From Burkholderiales bacterium (GTDB lineage Bacteria > Pseudomonadota > Gammaproteobacteria > Burkholderiales > JAEUOS01), in contig JANLTH010000107.1 in assembly GCA_031362865.1 (NCBI GenBank), forward strand, positions 33,033-65,032: a DNA stretch of 32,000 nt. Reading direction: 5' to 3'. Positions 25,229 through 31,905 of the stretch are shown in pieces (the first letter of the stretch is position 1; every line of letters begins with the position of its first letter). The notes under the pieces were generated by a model. The model was not told the DNA's origin. It did no database searches and saw nothing but the letters and a program-made list of their open reading frames with translations. The position numbers and the translations under genes were made by a program.

Positions 25229-26046
25229 AAATGGTCATCAGCATCATCCTCGCCTTCACCGTCGTCTTTGGTGCTTTGTTTCTCGCTGACCGCAGCCTAA
25301 AAGGCAATTTTGACGCATCCAAGTCGCGCATCCAAGAAAAAGTCCAAGGCACAATCAAATTCGGCTTCAGCAAGCCAACTGAGCCACCAGCTGCGGTAGC
25401 GCAGCCACGACCTGGTGGAACTCCACCAGGTCGTGGCGATCGCGTCGTCGAGCTGCGCCCGCAGTATGTCCCAGTAGCAGCGGATTCCTTGGTCGCGAAG
25501 ATGATCGACGAAGATCGAAAGACCCGCCCTATTGGTCAACTTCGCCTAACCCTGTTAGAACCCGTAAACGAGCCACCACTTCACGCAAATTCCCGCGCTG
25601 CACCCGAGAAGGTGGGCGACCTCTACAAATGCGCTGTAGGCGGTAAAACGACCTACCAGCAAATTCCTTGCGCCGAAGGCGAAGGAAACGCATTGAAAGT
25701 TACGGATTCGAAGATTGGCAGAGCCGTAACACCGGTCGAGCTACTCCGCGCCACCATGGAAGAAAAAGGCTGGACAAACGGACGTCGCTACGAAAATGGG
25801 CGGCTGGTAGCCGAAGTCAAAGATGGTGGCATCGTCGTTTCACCGCACCAGCTCGCCAATGCTCAAGGTGACCCGCTACAACAAGCAAAATTCCGTTGTC
25901 GTGTTATCGAGGAAGAACTGGAACGCATCAAAGCGCTACAGCGGCAACCATTGTCCGGCTACGAACATGATCGTATCCGGCGGATCAAGGAAGAGTTGGA
26001 TGCAGAGCATTTCAGCCGGAAGTGCAATATCATCAAGAACCAATAA
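25225..26046 (+). CDS. Phage membrane-anchored periplasmic protein with DUF4124-like motif (273 aa)
   Basis: ATGA overlap with pI. N-terminal TM (MVISIILAFTVVFGALFL), a Pro-rich linker, LYKCAVGGKTTYQQIPCAEG (DUF4124-like) and a charged coiled-coil C-terminus. Confidence 0.6.
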   Translation: MKMVISIILAFTVVFGALFLADRSLKGNFDASKSRIQEKVQGTIKFGFSKPTEPPAAVAQPRPGGTPPGRGDRVVELRPQYVPVAADSLVAKMIDEDRKTRPIGQLRLTLLEPVNEPPLHANSRAAPEKVGDLYKCAVGGKTTYQQIPCAEGEGNALKVTDSKIGRAVTPVELLRATMEEKGWTNGRRYENGRLVAEVKDGGIVVSPHQLANAQGDPLQQAKFRCRVIEEELERIKALQRQPLSGYEHDRIRRIKEELDAEHFSRKCNIIKNQ

Positions 26047-26047
26047 A

Positions 26048-26069
26048 AAACCCGCCGGCTGGCGGGTTT
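26048..26069. terminator. Bidirectional intrinsic terminator
   Basis: AAACCCGCC-ggct-GGCGGGTTT with an A-run on one side and a T-run on the other, between convergent genes ending at 26046 (+) and 26089 (-). Confidence 0.8.
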
Positions 26070-26088
26070 CTCAGTGAGTTATCGAGCT

Positions 26089-26346
26089 CTAAACGTGCTG
26101 CGCCGCCTCAACGCGCATCACAGCGTCTGCCAGCGTATCCACCTTCGCAATCAACAGACTGCGCATCCGCGCATCCATCGCCATATCGCGGCGAATTGCA
26201 GCCAAGTCGGCGCGGATTGAAGCATTGTCTTCACGCAAGCTAGAAATTTGCTCATGCACCGCGTTCACGCTTTGGCGTTGACTGGCTTGCTCCGCCTGAA
26301 TCTGTTTCAGAATCTGCAACACAAGGTTTTCGGTTTCGGCAGTCAT
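26089..26346 (-). CDS. Phage coiled-coil protein (85 aa), unknown function
   Basis: AAGGAG lies 9 nt upstream of ATG 26346, which is preferred over the ORF-track start 26370. The protein is a heptad-rich helix (LVLQILKQIQAEQASQRQSVNAVHEQISSLREDNASIRADLAAIRRDM). Confidence 0.6.
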   Translation of the reverse strand: MTAETENLVLQILKQIQAEQASQRQSVNAVHEQISSLREDNASIRADLAAIRRDMAMDARMRSLLIAKVDTLADAVMRVEAAQHV

Positions 26347-26370
26347 GTTGTTCGTCTCCTTCTGATGCAC

Positions 26371-26829
26371 CGAATTGTAGGCTTTTCGCTGGCCAGCCGC
26401 AGCGCTTGCTACATTTGCACGCGCTTACCAGCATTGAATCTCTACAGACCAGCAGCCTCAAAAAGCTCCCCAAGTTCCCCCGCGCCATATCGCACAGGTC
26501 GAAGACCTGCCCCGAAGGGGTGAGCCGGTAGGAGCCGGGTCGGTAGACCTTCGACGGTTGTATCGTCGAACTCCGAAGCCCGGCGAATGCATGGCGCGGG
26601 CTGAGTACCTTCATAAGCCACGAATCGCTTTTCGCTCAAGTCACTACGCATTTCCCACGGCCTGCCGAAGGACAGGCCGCACCAAGGACTGCAACTGGTG
26701 ATATCGTCGGGAGTGCCGAAGGTGTGCCGAGTGAAGATGCGGACAGGGACACGCTTTATCGTCCCTGCCTCATCTTCACGTAGGACACACCGTAGGACAC
26801 GACCAGAGATACCACCAGTTGCAGCCGGG
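26371..26829. other. Large phage intergenic region with clustered hairpins and iterated motifs (candidate origin / packaging signal)
   Basis: No credible ORF. GAA-triloop hairpins lie at 26495-26509, 26510-26520 and 26659-26678, and another hairpin at 26550-26570. An 18-bp imperfect hairpin spans 26731-26779. Tandem CGTAGGACAC x2 lies at 26779-26800, and TGCCGA recurs four times. Confidence 0.6.
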
Positions 26830-27405
26830 TTACTCGAACAGGTCGCCCTTTGCCTTCGCTCTTTTCAAAGCTCGCTTCACTGAAGCAATGTGAATTCCGT
26901 ATCGCCGGGCTAATTCTGATTTGTTGAGCGAACCAGAGACAAACAGGGTGACCAGCTCCAGCTCCTGCTCTTCCGTGATGGCTGGCAATCGACCGAACGC
27001 CACGCCACGCAATCGAGCTGCGCCCATTCCTGCAACCGTTCGCTCCACGATCATTGACCGCTCAAACTCTGCGAACGCACCGAGAATCTGGAACACCACA
27101 CGCCCCGCAGCCGATTTCGTATCCAGATGCTCGGTAAGCGACTCCAGACGTGCACCAGTTTCGTGAATGCGCTCCGTCACGCGCAGCAAGTCCGCCAGCG
27201 AGCGGGCTACACGATCGAGCTTGTAAACGACTACCGTGTCACCCGGTTTGATCTTGGCCAGCAAAGCAATCAGCTCTGGCCTTTTCAGCGACTTACCGCT
27301 TTTTTGCTCCTGAAAAAGAAAATCGACGCCGGATTTCTCCAAAGCGTCGATCTGCAAACCGGTGTTTTGTTCGATGGTGCTTACGCGAGCATAGCCGTAG
27401 CGCAT
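26830..27405 (-). CDS. Small serine recombinase (resolvase/invertase family), putative prophage integrase
   Basis: MRYGYARVSTIEQNTGLQIDAL carries the catalytic Ser context, and VYKLDRVARSLADL is also present. A C-terminal HTH is present (LNKSELARRYGIHIASVKRALKR). 191 aa from ATG 27405, whose 5' end lies 75 nt from the attR core. Confidence 0.9.
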   Translation of the reverse strand: MRYGYARVSTIEQNTGLQIDALEKSGVDFLFQEQKSGKSLKRPELIALLAKIKPGDTVVVYKLDRVARSLADLLRVTERIHETGARLESLTEHLDTKSAAGRVVFQILGAFAEFERSMIVERTVAGMGAARLRGVAFGRLPAITEEQELELVTLFVSGSLNKSELARRYGIHIASVKRALKRAKAKGDLFE

Positions 27406-27480
27406 GATGGTTTCCTGTAAAGGAGTTGAAGGGACTCCTTCAGTAACCGAAACCATGCAAAGCGGCGCGGATCACGAAGA

Positions 27481-27504
27481 GTTCGAATCCCTCCCTCTCC
27501 GCCA
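27481..27504 (+). repeat. attR core: 24-bp direct repeat
   Basis: GTTCGAATCCCTCCCTCTCCGCCA is identical to 19162-19185. Similarity breaks down immediately upstream of the repeat. Confidence 0.9.
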
Positions 27505-27545
27505 AATACCTTTGTACAGGCGCGGGACTCGCAAAACTCTTGCGT

Positions 27546-27555
27546 CCCCCCCCCC
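27546..27555 (+). repeat. Homopolymeric C10 tract
   Basis: Read directly (tgcgt cccccccccc ttgcc). It lies 41 nt downstream of attR in host DNA, just after an imperfect hairpin GGGAC(tc)GCAA-aactc-TTGCGTCCC. Confidence 0.85.
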
Positions 27556-27788
27556 TTGCCAACTGCCTGCGGCCCCCTGCGCGCCCTGACATCACCTCCG
27601 CGCGCGGCTTCCACCGCGACCGCTTCGTGTCGCCGGTTCCTTTTCAATTGCGCTTCGTCCTCCGGCCGCCAGCCAACTCGCCGATTCCGGGCGCTTCAAC
27701 TTCGACATGTTGCCGAAAAGGCATTGCGAGCTCGGATTGCAAGATAATCTGGGAGATCGCAGCTCACAACTTATCGAATTTCAATCTC

Positions 27789-28565
27789 ATGAGTGTCAAA
27801 CAACTCTTCGACCTTTCCAATCGGGTCGCCATCATTACCGGTGGGTCGCGCGGCTTGGGGCTGCAAATGGCGGAAGCCTTGGGTGAATTGGGTGCCAAGC
27901 TGGTCTTGAGCGCGCGCAAAGCCAACGAGCTTGAAGAGGCTCATGCCCAGCTGACCAAGCTTGGTTACGACGTGATGACCATCCCGGCCGACATTGGCAA
28001 GGTCGAGGCGATTCAACCTTTGGTCGATGCGGTGATGGCGCGCCATGGGCGCATTGATATTCTGGTCAACAACGCTGGTGCTACCTGGGGCGCGAATGCT
28101 GAGGATCATTCGCTCGACGCGTGGAATAAGCTGATCGCGGTCAACCTTACCGGGGCCTTTTTGCTCTCTCAAGCAGTGGGGCGCGCCTCGATGATTCCGA
28201 ATCGTTACGGGCGCATCATCAATATCGCCTCGGTCGCAGGGCTGGGCGCTTCGCCGCCGCAAATGGGTGGCACGCTGGCCTACAACACCACCAAAGGCGG
28301 CTTGGTCAATTTCACTCGCCAATTGGCTGCCGAGTGGGGCCGCTACAACATCACGGTGAATGCGATTTGCCCCGGCTTTTTCCCTTCGCGCATGACCCGC
28401 TCGACGCTCGCTGCGCATGAGAAGTTTTTTGTCGATCTCACGCCGATGGGCAAATTGGGTGGCAACGAAGATTTGAAGGGCGCAGTGGCGTTGTTCGCGT
28501 CGAACGCGGGCGGTCACATCACCGGTCAAACGCTGGCGGTCGATGGCGGGGCGATTGTCGTATGA
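27789..28565 (+). CDS. Short-chain dehydrogenase/reductase (gluconate 5-dehydrogenase-like SDR)
   Basis: TGGSRGLG cofactor motif, NNAG and catalytic YNTTK. ATG 27789 (MSVKQLFDL...) is preferred over the upstream-extended ORF-track start 27540. Confidence 0.88.
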   Translation: MSVKQLFDLSNRVAIITGGSRGLGLQMAEALGELGAKLVLSARKANELEEAHAQLTKLGYDVMTIPADIGKVEAIQPLVDAVMARHGRIDILVNNAGATWGANAEDHSLDAWNKLIAVNLTGAFLLSQAVGRASMIPNRYGRIINIASVAGLGASPPQMGGTLAYNTTKGGLVNFTRQLAAEWGRYNITVNAICPGFFPSRMTRSTLAAHEKFFVDLTPMGKLGGNEDLKGAVALFASNAGGHITGQTLAVDGGAIVV

Positions 28566-29041
28566 GCCAAACCATTGCACCCCAGGTCATCATGCCCAAC
28601 GGCCGGCCGATGGGTGCGCGCGCGATTGGCTCACTCAAAGATGTGCCGTTTCTCACGCACCTGGGGGTCAAGGTGATGGAGATGGAGGAGGGCCGTTCAC
28701 TGCTCGTGCTCGACCCCAAGCCTGAACATTACAACTCGTGGGCGTCAGTGCATGGCGGTGTCATCGCGACGCTGCTCGACGTGTGCATGGCGGTGGCGGG
28801 GCGCTCTTACGACCCGGCCAATTTGTCCGGGATTACCGTTGACATGAGCATTCAGTACATCCTGCCAGGCAAGGGGCCGCAATTGGCGCGCGGCAACGTA
28901 GTCGCGCGCTCCGCCACTATTTGGCGCTGCGAAGGTGAAGTGCGCAACGCCGATGGCACTCTGGTCGCCAAGTCGATCGGCTCGTTCAAATTTAAAGATT
29001 TTTCCGCCCGGAAAGACAAACAACCTGTTGGAGATTCGTAG
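28562..29041 (+). CDS. PaaI-family hotdog-fold thioesterase
   Basis: SVHGGVIATLLDVCMAVA motif, ~150-aa size, and an ATGA overlap with the preceding SDR gene. Confidence 0.8.
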   Translation: MSQTIAPQVIMPNGRPMGARAIGSLKDVPFLTHLGVKVMEMEEGRSLLVLDPKPEHYNSWASVHGGVIATLLDVCMAVAGRSYDPANLSGITVDMSIQYILPGKGPQLARGNVVARSATIWRCEGEVRNADGTLVAKSIGSFKFKDFSARKDKQPVGDS

Positions 29042-30031
29042 ATGAATAAGCAATTTGTTTTAGCCAAACGCCCGCAAGGCCAAGTTACGCCTGACTGTTT
29101 CCGCTTGCAGGAAAGTGCCATTCCCGCACCGGCTGATGGCCAAGTGCTGGTCAAGCACCATTACATGTCGCTCGACCCCTACATGCGCGGGCGCATGGAT
29201 GATTCGAAGTCGTATGCGGTTTCGCAGGCTATCGATGCGGTGATGGGTGCTGGCACGGTGGGCGAAGTGGTCGAATCCAAGCTGGACGGTTTCAAGCCTG
29301 GCGACCATGTTGTCGGCATGGGTGGCTGGCAGCAATACTCGCTCGCCAAAGGCGGCGAAATGCGCAAGATCGACACGCGCCAGGTGCCGATGTCTGCTTA
29401 TCTGGGGGTGGTTGGCATGCCCGGAGTTACCGCGTGGGTCGGCACGAATACGATTTGCAATCCGAAGCCGGGCGAAACCTTGGTTGTGAGCGCAGCTTCG
29501 GGCGCGGTGGGCAGTGCGGTAGGTCAGCTTGCCAAGGCGCAGGGCGTGCGTGCGGTTGGTATCGCCGGTGGCGCTGCCAAGTGTGCGTATGTGAAAGACG
29601 AATTGGGCTTTGATGACTGCATCGACTACAAAACCGTAGGCTGGCAAGACGCACTCAAAGCCGCTACGCCCAAAGGAGTTGACTGTGTGTTTGAAAACGT
29701 CGGCGGCGAGATTTTCGACTTCTTGCTCTCACGCATGAACGCCTTTGGGCGCATCGCGGTCTGCGGCCTGATTTCAGGCTACAACGGCGAACCGTATGGC
29801 ATGAAAAACATTCGCTCGCTCTTGGTTAACCGCCTTACCGTGCAAGGCTTCATTGTTTCTGAGCGCATGGAACTGTGGCCCAAGGCGCTGGGCGAGCTTG
29901 GCATGGGCGTAGCGACTGGCAAGCTCAAGTACCGCGAAACGGTGGCGCCGGGGCTGGAAGCCGCGCCGCAAGCCTTTATTGGCCTGCTTAAGGGTGAGAA
30001 CTTTGGCAAGCAGGTGGTGAAGTTGATTTAG
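29042..30031 (+). CDS. NADP-dependent oxidoreductase, MDR superfamily (alkenal/enone reductase, YncB/CurA-like)
   Basis: AASGAVGSAVGQLAK nucleotide-binding motif and family-typical length. It starts directly after the stop of the thioesterase gene. Confidence 0.85.
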   Translation: MNKQFVLAKRPQGQVTPDCFRLQESAIPAPADGQVLVKHHYMSLDPYMRGRMDDSKSYAVSQAIDAVMGAGTVGEVVESKLDGFKPGDHVVGMGGWQQYSLAKGGEMRKIDTRQVPMSAYLGVVGMPGVTAWVGTNTICNPKPGETLVVSAASGAVGSAVGQLAKAQGVRAVGIAGGAAKCAYVKDELGFDDCIDYKTVGWQDALKAATPKGVDCVFENVGGEIFDFLLSRMNAFGRIAVCGLISGYNGEPYGMKNIRSLLVNRLTVQGFIVSERMELWPKALGELGMGVATGKLKYRETVAPGLEAAPQAFIGLLKGENFGKQVVKLI

Positions 30032-30052
30032 TTCTTCAAAAGGAGAGTCGCC

Positions 30053-30892
30053 ATGAATGCCCCCATGAACCCAGCTGAAATGCACGCCGTGTCAGCGCCC
30101 GCACCCTCGGTGGAAGAGAACCGTGCCCTGTTGCCGCAGCCGCCCACGTTTGCCACCGTCGCTGAAGAACGCCTGCACCGCAAGCAGCGGCTCGCTGGCG
30201 CGTTTCGCGTCTTCTCGCGCTTCGGGCTGGACGAAGGGGCGGCCGGGCATATCACCGTGCGCGACCCTGAATTTCCCGACAGCTTTTGGCTCAACCCGTT
30301 CGGGGTGCATTTCAGCCAAGTCAAGGTTTCCAACCTGATCCGCGTTTCTCACCACGGCGAGGTTCTTGACGGCAATCATCCGCTCAATCGCGCAGCATTC
30401 GCGATTCACTCGCGGGTACACCAAGCGCGGCCCGATGCGGTAGCGGCGGCGCACACGCACGGGGTCTATGGGCGTGCTTTTTCAGCGCTGGGCAAGCCGC
30501 TGGCGATGATTAATCAAGACGTGTGCGCCTTCTACAACGACCACGCGGTTTATGACGATTTTGGCGGTGTAGTTTGGGAGCTGGAAGAAGGCGAGCGCAT
30601 CGCCAAGGCAATCGGCCAGAACAAGGCCGCGATTTTGCAAAACCACGGCCTCATTACACTGGGCAAAAGTAGTGTGGACGAAGCGGCCTGGTTCTATATT
30701 TCAATGGAGCGCTGCTGCCAAGTGCAAATGTTGGCCGAATCAGCGTTGCGCCCTGGCGAAAGCCTGAAAATCGTGCCCGAGGCCGCCGCCGCGCAGTCAC
30801 ATGCCATCGTCGGCGCGCCATTCTCAGGCTGGTTCCAGTTTCAATTGCTCTACCAGCGCCAGCTTAAAGAGAATCCAGATTTTCTCGATTAG
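30053..30892 (+). CDS. Class II aldolase/adducin-domain protein
   Basis: GHITVRDP and a metal-binding histidine context (AAAHTHGVYG, LQNHGLITLG). AAGGAGAG Shine-Dalgarno upstream. Confidence 0.85.
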   Translation: MNAPMNPAEMHAVSAPAPSVEENRALLPQPPTFATVAEERLHRKQRLAGAFRVFSRFGLDEGAAGHITVRDPEFPDSFWLNPFGVHFSQVKVSNLIRVSHHGEVLDGNHPLNRAAFAIHSRVHQARPDAVAAAHTHGVYGRAFSALGKPLAMINQDVCAFYNDHAVYDDFGGVVWELEEGERIAKAIGQNKAAILQNHGLITLGKSSVDEAAWFYISMERCCQVQMLAESALRPGESLKIVPEAAAAQSHAIVGAPFSGWFQFQLLYQRQLKENPDFLD

Positions 30893-31002
30893 CGAAGCTG
30901 CGCAGCTCCGCGGTGAGGGGTGAGGAGTACGGCGTGAGGTTCGCGCCGCTCTGAAATGCCCCTGACTTCACCTCACCCCTAACTCCTTACTCTTCACTAA
31001 AC

Positions 31003-31905
31003 ATGCAGATATTCAAAGACAAAATTGCCGTCATCACCGGTGCCGGCTCCGGCTTTGGCCTCGAAGTAGCGCGCATTGGTGCCAAGCGCGGCATGAAGCT
31101 GGTGCTGGCCGACGTGCAACAAGATGCGCTGGATCGTGCTCGCACTGAACTGGAAGCCGCTGGTGCGCAGGTTCTAGCGATCAAGGTCGATGTTTCCAAG
31201 CCTGAAGAAGTGCAAGCCATGGCGGATGCCGCCGTCAAGCGCTTTGGCGTGCCCAATTTTGTGTTCAACAATGCTGGGGTTGGCGCGGGCGGCTTTATTT
31301 GGGAACACGAGTTGGCCGACTGGCAGTGGGTGATGGGTGTCAATCTGTGGGGTGTGGTCTACGGTATCAAAGCCTTTACTCAGCTGATGCTGGATGCCGC
31401 TGCCAAAGACCCAACTTTTGAGGCGCATATCGTCAATACCGCTTCGATGGCAGGCCTGCTCACACCACCCAATATGGGCGTGTACAACGTGACCAAGCAC
31501 GCGGTTGTGGCAATGACCGAGACGCTCTACCAAGACTTAAGCTTGGTGACGACCCAAGTCAACTGCTCGGTGCTGTGCCCGTATTTTGTGCCCACCGGCA
31601 TTCACGCCTCGCACCGCAATCGCCCGAGTGATTTGAAGCACGAAGCGCCGCCCACCAAGTCGCAAAAAGTCGCGCAGGCCATGAGCGAAAAGTCGGTCAA
31701 CTCGGGCAAAGTCAGCGCCACCGATGTTGCCGGATTCATTTTTAAAGCGATGGAAGAAAAGCGCTTCTACATCTACTCGCACCCGCACGCACTGGGCAAT
31801 GTGGAACGCCGGATGACGGACATCGTGAAAGGCAACAACCCGGGTGATCCGTTTGAAGAAACGCCGCACGTGCGCGAGAAATTGGTTGCAGCCTTGAAGT
31901 CCTAG
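31003..31905 (+). CDS. Short-chain dehydrogenase/reductase (SDR)
   Basis: TGAGSGFG, NNAG and catalytic YNVTK; 300 aa. Confidence 0.88.
   Translation: MQIFKDKIAVITGAGSGFGLEVARIGAKRGMKLVLADVQQDALDRARTELEAAGAQVLAIKVDVSKPEEVQAMADAAVKRFGVPNFVFNNAGVGAGGFIWEHELADWQWVMGVNLWGVVYGIKAFTQLMLDAAAKDPTFEAHIVNTASMAGLLTPPNMGVYNVTKHAVVAMTETLYQDLSLVTTQVNCSVLCPYFVPTGIHASHRNRPSDLKHEAPPTKSQKVAQAMSEKSVNSGKVSATDVAGFIFKAMEEKRFYIYSHPHALGNVERRMTDIVKGNNPGDPFEETPHVREKLVAALKS

Larger units (their letters stand above)
19162..27504 (+). mobile_element. Integrated filamentous (inovirus-like, phiRSM-type) prophage, ~8.3 kb, in tRNA-Ser(CGA)
   Basis: Perfect 24-bp direct repeats lie 8319 bp apart, and GC is visibly lower than in the flanks. 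Gene order is the canonical inovirus one: Rep, gV-position ORF, major coat plus terminator, pIII-like, pVI-like, Zot/pI. A serine recombinase sits next to attR and an HTH regulator next to attL. Confidence 0.88.

Noticed and set aside
26442-26651. 69-aa minus-strand ORF, together with the overlapping 26252-26614 ORF, in the large phage intergenic region
   Set aside because: There is no usable Shine-Dalgarno spacing and the composition is not protein-like. One of the two overlaps the well-supported 85-aa gene out of frame. The region is dominated by hairpins and repeats.
27381-27647. 88-aa minus-strand ORF crossing attR from host DNA into the prophage
   Set aside because: It starts in host non-coding DNA, runs through the att core and overlaps the recombinase start out of frame. 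It is informative only as the alternative tail of the HTH ORF in the excised form (see findings).
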